From Phoronis australis (taxonomy: Eukaryota; Animalia; Phoronida), in assembly GCA_002633005.1 (NCBI GenBank), contig NMRA01001234.1, positions 1-37,198 on the forward strand: a DNA stretch of 37,198 bases. Reading direction: 5' to 3'. Shown piece after piece: positions 1 through 11,910 of the stretch (positions are counted from its first letter, which is position 1; each line of letters begins with the position of its first letter). A program made the position numbers and the translations under genes. The notes below the pieces were generated by a model that was given only the letters and a program-made list of their open reading frames with translations, was not told where the DNA came from and did not search any database.

Positions 1-1
1 G

Positions 2-2193
2 CAGTACGTTAACACTTGTACTAAGGACTTGGCCTTGTTCCTGCGAGAGCGGACACCCAAGACTGTTCCAGAGATGGTGAGCTTAGCAGAGAGATATATT
101 GAGGCCCATGGAGTGGATATAACGAGCACCCAGTGGAAAAAGTCCCAAGAGCGACCAGTCAAGACAAGAGAGTCGATCAGAAGAAAAATGACCTCGCAGA
201 GGAAAGGTGTTTCTTCTGTCACAAAATTGGACACCTGGCTAGAGACTGTCGGAAGCGGACACAAGGGATGCAACACCAAAAGTCAGCAGCGGTCAACCGC
301 CGAGGTTCCCAGAGCAAAGAGGATTCGGTGAAGCGTGCTAATCCTGAACGCGCCTTCAAAGGAATGCTGCGTCTGAAGGAGGGGTATGTTAGCACTAAGA
401 AGGTCTCAGTGTTGAGAGACACAGGCTGCACAACCATTGTGGTTCGATCTAGTTTAGTCGAACCAGGAGATATGACCTGCCGGAAGTGGTCATGCGAGTT
501 GGCGGACTCCACCAAGAGATGGCTGCCTGTCGCAAAGATCAACATCAAGACACCGTACTACACAGGATAAGTGTTTGCGATGTGTATGGAGCGTCCAGTG
601 GCCGATTTGATTATCGGGGACGTGCCTGGCGCCTTGGACCCAGGCGATGTTGAGCGACAGCAGAGAGCAACAACTGCCAACGAGGACAATACAGGCAATA
701 GCCTTGTGGAGGGTCTGAAAGATGACTCTCAAAAGGGTACGACTTCCTAAGAGAAGAACCCAGAGACCTCAACTCTAGAGGGAGAAGAGGTGGCCGACAA
801 GTCGGTGGAGACAGATGCTGATGAATCCAGCAGGAAAGCGGTAGCAGTGACTACCAGGGCTCAGGAAGAGCGACAAAAATCTTACATTAAACCGTTAGCT
901 GTGTCCCCAACCATACAAGAAGTGGGACTAAAGCAGTTCAAAGAAGCCCAGCATGAAGATTCATCAATGAAAAAGCTGTGGGAGCAAGCTGAAGCCAAGG
1001 TTAAGCGACAGACCAAAGGCAAGGGGTCATACGTGATGGAGATTCAACGAGCAATGCTCTATCGCATGTTCAAAAAGAAAGACGGTGACGAGGTGAAACA
1101 AGTTGTCATGCCGAGCAGTTTACGGAAGTCCGTGATGAGGCTTGCTCATTAGTCTATACTCGGTGGACACCTCGGTGTTAGGAAGACAATTGACCGTATC
1201 ACCAGCAATTTCTATTGGCCAGGAGTGGCATCAGAAGTGACCCGATTCTGCAGATCATGCGACATCTGTCAGAAGACTATCCCTAAAGGTCAAGTGACCA
1301 AGGTACCCCTGGGAGAGATGCCTCTGATGGAGGAGCCTTTCGAAAGTATCGCAATCGATCTGATTGGCCCTATAGCTCCAGTTTCCGACAAGGGAAACAG
1401 ATAAATTCTCACGGTGGTAGATTTCGCTACCAGGTATCCAGAAGCAGTGGCGCTACCGAAAATTGAGACAGAGCGTGTGGCTGAAGCATTATTAGAAGTC
1501 TTCAGTACAGTAGGGATCCCGCAAGAGATCCTGAGTGATCGTGGAACGCAGTTCACAGCAGAACTGATGAAGGAGGTCAGCAGGCTTGTGAGTGCAAAGC
1601 AGCTGTACACGACCCCTTACAATCCACACTGTAACGGTCTCTGTGAGAGAATCAACGGTGTTCTGAAGGCCATGATGAAGAAAATGTGTCAAGAAAAACC
1701 AAAGAAAGTCGTGTGAACCGATATTCATGAACAGGCATTCAAGAAGTTAAAGCAAGTGCTCGGAAGCAGCCCGATCCTACGGGTGCCTGACTTCACTCAG
1801 AGATTCATCGTCAGAACAGACGCGTCAAACGATGGTTTGGGGGCAGTCTCACTGCAAGAGTTTGATGATGGGATATTCCCTATTGCATATGCCAGCCGGA
1901 AGCTTAAAGAAAGCGAGCGGCATTATTTTACAGAAGAGAAAGAGTGTTTAGCAATAGTGTTCGCTGTTAAACGTTTTCAATTTTATCTCTACGGGACAGA
2001 ATTCGTGGTGCAAACAGACCACAAACCATTGGTATATATTCAGCGTTGTGAGATTGAAAGTCCCAGGGTTATGCGATGGGCTATAGCGCTTCAGAATTAT
2101 AAATTCCATGTGGAGGATATCCCTGGAAAATGTAACGTTGGTGCAGACTATTTAAGTCGGCTAGCAGAGCCTGTACGTCAAGGAGCACTTTAG
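2..2193 (+). pseudogene. Disrupted gag-pol polyprotein (Gag-PR-IN-[RT deleted]-RH)
   Basis: ORF pieces at 133, 790, 1414 and 1756 share one frame, with in-frame stops at 568, 748, 1150, 1402 and 1714. There is one frameshift near 110-135. No YxDD RT core is present. Confidence 0.93.
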
Positions 2194-2278
2194 CGGCGGA
2201 TACAGCAGTAGATTATATATGCCAGATGATTTTGTGTTAGAAAATTATAGAGTAATTTTCTCTTTGGCAGGGGTGTGT

Positions 2279-3017
2279 TGTCAGAATATAGTCTGACAGT
2301 ATTTTTAGTTGCATTGTTTTGTTTTGTTATTCTGTTTGATTGGCATGACCCCTGAGTTAAGTACAGTGATGACGTAATTTGTTTACTACAAAACAGTGTG
2401 GAACTTCCTAGAAGACTGAGGTCAGAATAGTGATGATGTAATTTGTTTACTGCAGTATAGTGTGACAATGATTAATGCAGTCTGAAATATTCTAGAGACT
2501 AATAGATGTTTGTAGAATGATTGGGTAGGTTCTTGAATTGATGAAAAGTTCTAGAACAATGCATTAGGCTATAAATACACAAGCACGGGTTTGTGTTAGT
2601 CAGTTGAGTCCAAGAAGATCACGTCAGTTCAAGAGAAGATCAAGTCGGGAGATCAAGTGAGATCAAGTAAGTTCAAGAAAGTTAACCAGGAGAACTACAG
2701 TTGGGTTGCAGTGAAGAGAATCAGCAGTTACAGCAATAGTCAATAGAGAGCCAGCTATAGAGACAGCGGGTTATTGAATCGAGTGTAACAGTTGCTGAAC
2801 GTGTCTCAGAAGTTCATCACAAGTCAAGGCTTCGCAGCACTGGCTGGAGCACAAACAGACATTACGTCGGACGTTTTGTTTGAGTAGGCTTGTGAACATA
2901 CGGTCGGGATAATGAAAGATGAACTCGAAGCAGTCTTCAGTCAATCGTCGCACCGAAAGCTATTAGCACCGGTCTGTAACAGCCTGCGCCCACCCACACA
3001 CGGGGAAAAACGTGACA
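2279..3017 (+). repeat. 3' LTR (about 739 bp)
   Basis: Begins TGTCA right after a G-rich PPT-like tract (GGCAGGGGTGTGT, ending 2278) and ends TGACA, giving inverted termini. TATAAATA at 2570-2577. Internal direct repeats: AGTGATGAYGTAATTTGTTTACT x2 and GATCAAGT repeats. Confidence 0.8.
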
Positions 3018-3054
3018 ATTCCACTACATGTGGTATTGTTTCTAAACAATGTAC

Positions 3055-3470
3055 TTCAAATTTCCGCACACAATATAAACAAATAGGGGGATATAGGATC
3101 GCCTTGTGTGCAACCACGCCCCAAAAGCAAAAAGTCTGAAAAAAGTCATACTGCATAACACATAACTTGGAATCTTTAAGCAAAATATTAACCTAATCTC
3201 TGGGCTTTTCGCCAAAATTGAATAAATTCAGCGTTTTTTAATGAAACGCTCGGATATCGAATCAAACGGTTTCTCAAAGTCTATAAGTAACAGTAGACCA
3301 GGTATGTTTTCCTGAAATGTATAATGCATAATATCATACAGTAAACGCGTATTTTCACCGATGAATCTGTCAACCATAAAGCCCTCCAATATCTTTCCAA
3401 AAAACATTAATAATTCTGGAGGAAAGCCGTCTGAACCCGGTGACTTATTATTTTTCATTTTCTCAAACTT
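3055..3470 (-). mobile_element. LINE (Tx1/L1-like) reverse transcriptase fragment
   Basis: Minus-strand motifs MKNNKSPGSDGFPPE, DRFIGEN, LLLIDFEKPFDSI, then GRGCTQGDPISPYLFILCAEI in another frame (about 3060-3122). Internally deleted and frameshifted. Confidence 0.88.
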
Positions 3471-5214
3471 CTTCTCTCAAACTGCCCATGTGGTTCCAGT
3501 ATCCGAAAATACTTACTACATAAAATCTTATTTTCGACACCCTTTCTTTATATTCCTTTCGCCATTCTTGCCAAAAGCGATTTTTGAACAGTATTTGACC
3601 CTTCTCTCTGAGCGTATGATTACCGGTTGTCATCGGTTATTTCCGTACCCACATTTCCGGCTCATCAGTTCAGGAACTTGTCCTGAAAGCCGCCATTTTT
3701 CCCTTGTAACTGAATGTGCTATCGCTTGCTCGAAAAGTCTTCATTATTTTGTTTTGTTAGTAATATCTCGTGATTCGTTTGCATATATAATGTATTTATA
3801 GTTTGTAGTTAGTGGTCGTTAATGTTTTTTGGAATGTTACGCGTACTTAGTATGTTAAAATAGCATTGGTGTTTAGTTCCTGATGTAGGCTGGTCGAACC
3901 TAGGAACCAATTTGGGTCGAACCTATTTTTTTCGGTTTATTTTTTTCTCGTTTTAAAAAGTACTTTGCTATCATCGGAAAGGTAGTGCATTCTACTCAGT
4001 AAAAATCGAAAAAGTATCAAAATCGGGGCAAGCAGTGTAAAGTTATTGCAAGTTTGTGGCGAAATTTGGGTCACTTTGTTTGGATCGCGTCGGCCATATT
4101 GGAGGACAGCAGGATATGTTACGAGTTTAAAACTTTGTGTAAATTGTTTTCGCCAACAAATTACGGTGGAATTTAGTTAGACATATCTTTACTTACTATT
4201 CTGCACGATTTAACAGTGTTCACCAAATTTCAGCCTCGCAGTTGTTACTCATTAAGTGATAAATGTGCTCACATTTCCCGTTGGACTTCGTCTCATTTCT
4301 GGCGGCACCGACAACATGGCGACTTTTGCTGAACTGAAAGGCATGTTCAATCGGCTACTTTGTAATTTGTGAAGATTTAACGTTGATACATTTTGACAAA
4401 CGTTGCTACAAAAAAGAAGCTTTGTTCAATTTTCGTGTTTTTTGTGCAAAAATATAAGATGTATTCGAATTATTTTACTGTAAATTTCCCATTCAGGTGA
4501 TCTTACACTAAGCTAAAAAATAGTTGAAATAATTTTGAAATGGTTTTTTGTTTGACTGTCAACTGCTGTTCAAGAATTGATTCGGTGTCACAAAATGATT
4601 CATATTGTTCTAAAATTTAAGTCTCAATTGCTTTCAAGGCATGTTTTGTGACTTATTGCTTCTTAATTCAGGTTATCAAGTCAACAATATGAATAATCTT
4701 AATTTGAGAAATAAGCTATGTTGGATTGTGAAGCTTCAAGCCTCTAATTCTTGTTCCTTGCAACTTCATATTTTTTAAATGATGCTTGTCAAAGTCTGGT
4801 GTAAGGAAACACTATTCTGTCACCATGGTAATAGGTACATGTATGTCCACTTTCATATCATGGAAACTGTTGCTGTTGAATAGTGTTTGTAATGCTAAAT
4901 GTTGTAAAGTATTGTGCATTTTAAGTTACTTATTATGTTAAAAGTTTGAATCATTTTGGGTTAATGAATAAAAAATGACAACATGTTGTATTGGACTTGT
5001 CATACTCATGTGCTCGAACGAGCCCCCTTTTTGGAGAACTGGAAAAAGGTCTGCCTCAGTCACAGAAGCACGAATTCTGAAAAAAGTAGAAAATGAGACA
5101 ATATTCCACTAGAAGACAGGAAGTACCAAAATTTAGAGTCTGCAATTCATAGCTCTGAACATACCCACTGAATCTTATAGTAAAAGATAGACATTCCCAA
5201 AAATTCCAGCCCCC

Positions 5215-5404
5215 NNNNNNNNNNNNNNNNNNNNNNNNNNNNNNNNNNNNNNNNNNNNNNNNNNNNNNNNNNNNNNNNNNNNNNNNNNNNNNNNNNNNNN
5301 NNNNNNNNNNNNNNNNNNNNNNNNNNNNNNNNNNNNNNNNNNNNNNNNNNNNNNNNNNNNNNNNNNNNNNNNNNNNNNNNNNNNNNNNNNNNNNNNNNNN
5401 NNNN
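5215..5404. other. Assembly gap (190 N) flanked by poly-C
   Basis: Run of n characters. Confidence 1.
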
Positions 5405-6140
5405 CCCCCCCCCCCACCGGCCTCCCCCATTCTTTTAGGCTTGGTGCGCACATACAAAGTCTGGGGAAATCTCTATTGAAAGCCAACAACTTTGCACAGT
5501 TCGCCAGAAGTATCCAAGTTCTAAAGAAACCTCGTTTGAGCGAGCGGTGTGGCCAGCGACCAGTTAGGCCTAAGGGTAGCCTTGGCGCAAAGCTGTATAG
5601 GCCTACTCATGTAACAAGCTCTATTTTGACGATAGTCTTCACTGGTAGCTGGTGACTTAGGCTAACTAAGGTCTGCCGCGGCAGTGTGACACAGGACTAA
5701 CCAGCCCGTAATTTCATGCAAGTGTCTGAAACTACCCTTGAATATATGCAGCATTTATGATTTGACCATTTTACTTCGAAAAAACAACTTGCAACCGCAT
5801 GCCTTTACCGTTCGCTTGTGTCTGGTCTCGATCCGCGCACCAGGTCCGATAGGCTGCGGTCCCGAGTCTGGGAAAATAATTTCTGTCAAAATTTATTCGC
5901 CACATTTCTTCAGTAAATTCGATAAAATTGTCCGTAGTTTGATTTTATTAAAATTAAGTCGCGCTGTCGATTATTTTATCCCCGTTTGGTGGCTGGTAAC
6001 AGTACAAGCACTGCTCCAGTCGCACTGTCGTCGTTTTCTCGGCCTGGGTTCCTGAATGAATTGTACTTCCGGGTTCGCGGCAAGTTCAAAATGGCGGTGG
6101 TTCTTCGGGTGCGAATGCAGAATGGTGAATGTTGGCCAAT

Positions 6141-6707
6141 TCCCCTTTTGTCCACTGACGTCACACGCATGCTGCCGCTCCCAGTGGAGGCCCTGAGAAC
6201 TCGTAAACAAGCATGCTGGCGACTGTGGTTAAAGTATTTTTTATGATTTTTCCAGAGTCGCTATGTTTTAGTGTGTTTTTAAAATAATGTTGCATGTCAT
6301 ACCTCTCAGAAAATTAATATTGTTACAATAAATTAAGAAAATTGGAATATTCATTCTCGCGATCCTGCAACACCATCCAAATGTTCTTCTGTGTTACACA
6401 CGGCAATGCCAAAGTTTTATCCCCACGCGAAATAGACTCGTTTACGTTCGACTAAAAAGGAATCTTTCAATCGTAATTAATTGATACTATATACCATTCA
6501 TTATTATATACCATGCATTATGTTTTTAGAAAAAAAAAACGATACTCAACGTCCCACAATAAATACAAGTCTGTTCGCCAGCTTGGCTCGGCCGTTGCTA
6601 GGCTGCCAGTGGATACTACCGGGTTCATGAACTCGGTTTATTTACGAGTTCTCAGGGCCTCCACTGGGGGCGCCAGCATGCGTGTGACGTCAGTGGACAA
6701 AAGGGGA
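6141..6707. mobile_element. MITE with about 70-bp TIRs and a 2-bp AT target-site duplication
   Basis: TCCCCTTTTGTCCACTGACGTCACACGCATGCTG...CTCGTAAA at 6141 is mirrored by an inverted copy ending at 6707. AT flanks both sides. An uninterrupted homolog of the target site lies at 8782-8819 on the minus strand. Confidence 0.88.
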
Positions 6708-6744
6708 ATAGCGGAGTTGCAACCGAATCGATTTAACGATTGCG

Positions 6745-6927
6745 CATGTCCGGAAATTAGGGTGCGCAAAGGCTATTGGGATTGATAAGGGTAAATGGAA
6801 TGGCCGATTGGTTTGCACGATGTGTGATTTGTGTGNCATGTCCGGAAATTAGGGTGCGCAAAGGCTATTGGGATTGATAAGGGTAAATGGAATGGCCGAT
6901 TGGTTTGCATGACGTGTGATTTGTGTG
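6745..6927. repeat. 91-bp direct duplication around a single n (probable contig-overlap artifact)
   Basis: 6745-6835 and 6837-6927 are near-identical, separated by n at 6836. Confidence 0.8.
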
Positions 6928-7134
6928 CATTAAACTACGCTGCTGTATGCAATTCTGCCGCTATTCGCCCTAATAAGCGCCCATGCCCCAACAAGTGCCC
7001 CAACGCCTTTTCAGACTTTGCTAAAGTAAGCGCTCAGCCCATGAACTACATGCGAAAAATGCCCTTACCTACAGTTCTAACGTCTCCAATTTATCAATCG
7101 AAAGATCCGACAGTCCTGAATTTGTAAACCACGA

Positions 7135-7365
7135 GCCTCACCGTTATGTCCGTATACACTTCAAACTTACGCCGCGATTCAAAAAGAACGCAGAAGTTTT
7201 GCTGCTCTTGCGAGGGATGTGCCCCACTACGCGGGTGTGGACTTTGAAAAGAGATGCAGCGTACTTGTCAGCGGCCTTGCATTGTTTCTTTCCGGTACAG
7301 ATCTTCTCCGGCCTCAACAGGAATCCAAACTCCTTTGTACACGTGAAAACCGTGAATCGAAGACT
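7135..7365 (-). pseudogene. Degenerate HIRAN-like domain remnant, probably transposon-borne
   Basis: Minus strand reads SSIHGFHVYKGVWIPVEAGEDL, then after a frameshift DKYAASL...VVGHIPRKSSKTSAFFLNRGVSLKC. This matches the G(Y/F)HVYK..W...GE.L...D.YAV...VGH.PR pattern. Confidence 0.7.
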
Positions 7366-9339
7366 ACTAAAAAAATCGACCAATGTTAGCACGCGGCCAA
7401 GAAGCGCGCGCTGCATAATGTACCGGCTGTCATCGAAGACATTTAGTCGGGAACTATCTATTCATGAAACGGGTAACAAAGCATTGGCAAATAAATATTG
7501 GTTAGTTACTAATACCGTAAAAAACTTTTGCATTTAGAGAAATTATTTAACTAATCGTAATTGGTGTTTTTAAGGTCAAATTGACCCACTTCGCACCCTT
7601 ACCCCCCCCCCCAAATCTTCTGGAAAATAGCTGTTACACTACGGTCACGCATCCACTCACCCGGCCACTCAATGAGTGACATATCGGTCTTACCGAAACA
7701 ATTCTCCAACGTTTTTTTAGCAGATGAGGCCAGCAAGTGCTAAGCTAAATATTAAGACACGCTCTGCTTGACTGCTTGACTTGACTTCTTTGGATACAAT
7801 GGACACCTAGATCATTACATTACTCTGGCAAATGAACTCTGATGACAAGCACACGCACGCTTACGGTCACACACACGCATACAAACTTCAAAACAAACGT
7901 CACGTGACAACAACATGTGTGTTCCTCCAGAGATTTTTATCGTGTTGCGGGCTGCAATCTATCGCAGATTTGGACTTAATCTGCAGTTAATCCAGACTTC
8001 ACAAGAACTTAAAAATCTTAGAGACGCTCTATTTGGAAAACTTGAGGAGGATTTCAGGTAATTTGTTGAGTCGAAGCTGTATTCTTATTCAAGAATACAA
8101 GCCCTATCGACGATTGCGAGACCGGCAGCTACGCATTTGTCGGCAAGATTTCGCCCTGGGACTTCCAACACAATTTTATGAAAAATGATCGTAATTTAAC
8201 AACGAATTTTGATAGCAATGCACCACAATTTTGTAGAAAGTAAATAATAATATTCTGCACGCTTTATTCTATCGCGTAATACATATGGTGAGCGTACGTT
8301 AAGTGTGTTGACCCAGAACAGGTGATTGTGCAGAGGCATTATCCTCACTGAAAATTGCTCATGTTGGCTTGGTTCTGGTCAAGCGAAAACAATTTTTTTT
8401 TTTCACTACCAACCGCCGTAGAGTATTTTGTTACTGTTTCTTTGAAGGGAGATATTGTTGGGCAGTTTCCAAGATACGTTTTCTTGCCGCCCTCAAAATG
8501 AGCGCTGCATACTTTATGCTACCAAGTCGGAAAGAATTCACGAAGTCGGCCTTTGCTACCAGCTCTAGTAATGTCTCTGACCCATGTTTAACGCAGTTCT
8601 TGATCCTTGGGAAACAGGTAGTAACTAAATTTTTTTATGTCGCTAACTGGTATTATAGCATGCCAGGCACACAACACGTATATTAACCTCCCTGTGGCCG
8701 GTTCGCCCCCACGCTTGCCGACGTACTTGTTTACCGGCTTAACCACAATGCAACATTCTGACCCATTTCCAATATGGCGGCGTTGCAACTCCGCTATTGG
8801 CCAACATTCACCACTCTGCCTCTCATACCAAGTGCATGGGAAGATGGCGACTGGAAAGAGCCACGCCACTAGCGATCCTACTGGCGAAATAAATGTGCAA
8901 GTCATGTTGACGTTCAAACTTCAATTCCATGCCTAATGCTTTTAACGGGGATCGGTAATATTGTGTAGTTGGCATTTTGTGAAGCAATTGACAATTGTTC
9001 GACATGATCCTACTCCTACCATCACCAAGTACAAACTGTATTTCTATGTAAATCGCCATTAGACCAACGGTGCAAAATGCAATGGAAATAAACACCAACA
9101 AGTCTTAGAAGCTTATCTCCTGCAAACATAACAGGTAATACGCTTGAATTGTTAAGTAAGAGTTCCTAATTTTTTTCTACGTTCGAGTTCAAGACGCCTA
9201 ATTTATTTATTAAATGAAAACTCGTTGTCCCAGGCTTGAATAGGTTTCACGTACGCTGTTTGTTGACAGGCATAACATATTTTAAAGTAGTTGCCCTCGA
9301 TTCTAATCAAATGTAAAATATTAAAACTGTCTACGTCCT

Positions 9340-9916
9340 GTGACGAAAGTGTAGTATATCGTGCGTTTCTCACCGGCATCCTTATCTGAATTACACCTGG
9401 GGACACAAATAGAACGATGTATGCCTGATAATAAGGCATTGTCCATTTCCTAGAATTCCTGATTTGCAGAAATTACCAGGCCCTGGGAATTAAAAATATC
9501 TGAACACCCTATTTGTCATAAAATGTGAGGTTTTATTTCAGTGCATGCGGTCTAAAAGAGGCTCCACATTTTCAAAGTGTCAATTCGAATTGCAATACAA
9601 TAGTGCTGAATTACCATTAATAGTCTTTTACGTGACGAATGTGTAGTATGTCTTGCATTTTTTCACCTTCAACCCGATCTGATTTACACCTTGAGGCACA
9701 AAAAACAGAACGCTGTATGTCTGATATCTGAATAAGGCATTGTCCATTTCCTAGAACTCCAGGTGTACAGAAATTACCAGGCCCTGGGAATTGTAAAAAA
9801 AAGTCCTGAACATCCTATTTATCATAAAATGTGACGTTTTATTTCAATGCATGGTGGCCTAAAAGTGACTCCACATTTTTAAAGTGTCAATTCGAATTGC
9901 AATCCAACATTGCTGA
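9340..9916. repeat. Diverged tandem duplication (two units of about 270-285 bp)
   Basis: About 9340-9609 versus about 9633-9916; shared blocks include AATAAGGCATTGTCCATTTCCTAGAA, CAGAAATTACCAGGCCCTGGGAATT and AAAGTGTCAATTCGAATTGCAAT. Confidence 0.9.
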
Positions 9917-10315
9917 TTTGCGTCTCTATTTTTTCCTTCCAACAAGAACTAGTTGCTGCAATTGTATTCATACGCCAATCTGAATAAAAAGTCGCGCATG
10001 AGAGAACAACGTTCATAATTGATCGGCTTACCGTCGAGTCCAAGCAAGCTTGAATAATGGACCTGGAAGCCCTAAGAACGTCAAACATTTGACCAGCTCA
10101 GGGCTAAGTGCACTTGCAAATCTGCAAAAATCTTCACTTCATCTGTGTCAGTATGGCGATTGTTATGCATGCAAAAAGTGGAGACGTGATTTGAAGGTAA
10201 AGTAAAAAAGCTTTGTCTTGCTGTATTAGAAATGTATGGCGTCGTTTGAAGATTTATACAAGATAGGTTTCGCAAAGCGAGGTGAACGTGAATTATCATG
10301 CATACTTAATTGGGG

Positions 10316-10722
10316 TCAGGGTGTCCAGTTATTGTAGACCTAGTACATGTAAGCTAGTTTGCAAAAAACTTAAAAGTCACTCTGTCAATACAATTTCTTT
10401 TACCTGAAAAAAGTCGTGTCTACGAGCTTCCGTGAGTAATAGTCAAGTCTTAGAATGCAAAATTTTTTTGCAGTTTAAAATAAATAGATGCATAGATGCC
10501 GGTGTTTGCTGGATATTTTCGAACTAAAATGGGTTTTTAACAGGTATTATCTTGTGTTGTTAATTTTTTTTTCATGCTTCTATTCTATTTTAAACTCCAA
10601 ATAAATAAAATTCGCATTTTAGCAGTTGATCATTTTTCACTGGAGGTCGTAGAAACGACTTTTTCACATTCAACATATATTTCTTTCTAGTAGATATGTA
10701 CTGCCATAACTGGACACCCTGA
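10316..10722. mobile_element. MITE with 17-bp perfect TIR
   Basis: TCAGGGTGTCCAGTTAT (10316-10332) and ATAACTGGACACCCTGA (10706-10722), with an AT-rich non-coding interior. Confidence 0.75.
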
Positions 10723-10927
10723 GCTCACTTACTCACGTTTACTTTCATACTCGCGTAAAAATTTAGCGTTTTTGTTACTGTAGCGTGAATCGGCACGCGC
10801 AATTACGTATGCGTCATAATTCACATTCACGTCGGTTTGCAAAATCTCTCTAGTATCTACGATAAAATCTACGGCCACTCTACTTTTCACAACAAAACCT
10901 AACAGAAAACTTGTTAGATTTGATACC

Positions 10928-11110
10928 AGTTTTTGTTTCAAAATCGTGTTAAGGAACGTAAGTGGGTTTGAGTAATGTGGGAGTACATTCAGTTTTCAGT
11001 TTCAAAAATCGTCTTTTTAGAACTGCTCCCGGCCTAGGATTGAGTAGTGTGAAGCGTCAGTTTTGGTTTCAAAATCGTTCACCTGGAAATACCTCGGTAT
11101 TGTGTAGTGG
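10928..11110. repeat. Degenerate tandem repeat, three units of about 65 bp
   Basis: Recurring AGTTTT..GTTTCAAAATCGT ... TTG(A/T)GTA(A/G)TG. Confidence 0.55.
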
Positions 11111-11488
11111 ACGAACCCCAGATTTAGCGCTGTAACAAATCAATGATATTTCAAGGTAGCATGAAAAACCATGTTTGGGTTTAAAATCACATCCCTGGCT
11201 TTCTTATTTACAGACGTTTAAATACTTCACAATTCAGAGAGGCATGTCATGTGCCACTATGTTTACATATGATGTTAAATCTATGTGTAACTATTTTCTT
11301 CCAGGAATTCCTCAGTTTTAAAATACCTATTCTTTAGTACGTATATTTTTATTAATATTCCTACATGATTTGTTGATTGCTGTATATATTTTTGCGTTAC
11401 CATTTCTTCATATTTTAGTATTTATCATTGTTTGTACTATCTGCATGTACGTCCATTTTAAGTTTAATAACTCTTGATTATGAATGGT

Positions 11489-11910
11489 CGTTAGGGGAAT
11501 TGTCGCCGTAAAATTACGCCGCAACTAATTACTTTACGCCATTAAATTACTCCGCAAATAATTACTTTACGCCGCAACTAATCACTTTACGCCGCAAATT
11601 ATTACTTTTCGCCGGTACTTTACGCTGCAAACAATTGCTTTACGTCGTTAAAATACGCTTCAAATAATTACTGTACGCCATCAAATTACGTTGCAAATAA
11701 TTACTTTACGCCGCAAGTAATTGCTGTACGCCGCAAATAATTACGCCTCTAGCACGTAATGTAATGGCATAAAGTAATTCAAATAATTATTTTATGCCTT
11801 AAATAAATACTTAATGCAGCAAATGATTACTTTAGGCCGCCAAAATAATTTGTACTACTAATGAGAATTAATTCACGCTCGTAATTTTATGGCGACACTT
11901 TCCCCCAACG
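11489..11910. mobile_element. TIR element containing an internal ~20-bp tandem array
   Basis: CGTTAGGGGAATTGTCGCCGTAAAATTACG versus the inverted right end CGTAATTTTATGGCGACACTTTCCCCCAACG. The interior consists of GCCGCAAATAATTACTTTAC-type units. Confidence 0.8.

Larger units (their letters stand above)
1..3017 (+). mobile_element. Decayed Gmr1-like Ty3/Gypsy LTR retrotransposon (5' part outside window)
   Basis: Motifs in order: gag C-terminus (LRERTPKTVPEMVSLAERYIEAH), CCHC knuckle (CFFCHKIGHLARDC), protease (LRDTGC), integrase HHCC (AH*SILGGHLG...CRSCDIC) and DDE core (AIDLIGP / SDRGTQF / NGLCERING), then RNase H (TDASNDGLGA, EKECLAIVFAV, TDHKPL, NVGADYLSR). A PPT-like tract and an LTR follow. 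Confidence 0.95.

Noticed and set aside
219-1728. Minus-strand ORFs over the retrotransposon (and over 25538-27366)
   Set aside because: Antisense shadows of real coding sequence with no motifs.
3887-5055. Possible DNA transposon bounded by AGGC...GCCT
   Set aside because: The inverted match is only a few bases and there is no TSD; it looks repeat-like but boundaries cannot be supported.
5056-5489. ORFs of 133 and 104 aa
   Set aside because: They are open only because they cross the N gap.
6745-6927. Tandem duplication as a biological event
   Set aside because: Copies abut a single n, typical of unmerged contig overlap.
11510-11850. Regularly spaced repeats resembling a CRISPR array
   Set aside because: Units are adjacent and degenerate with no unique spacers; eukaryotic context and no cas genes. 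The same applies to 35924-36038.
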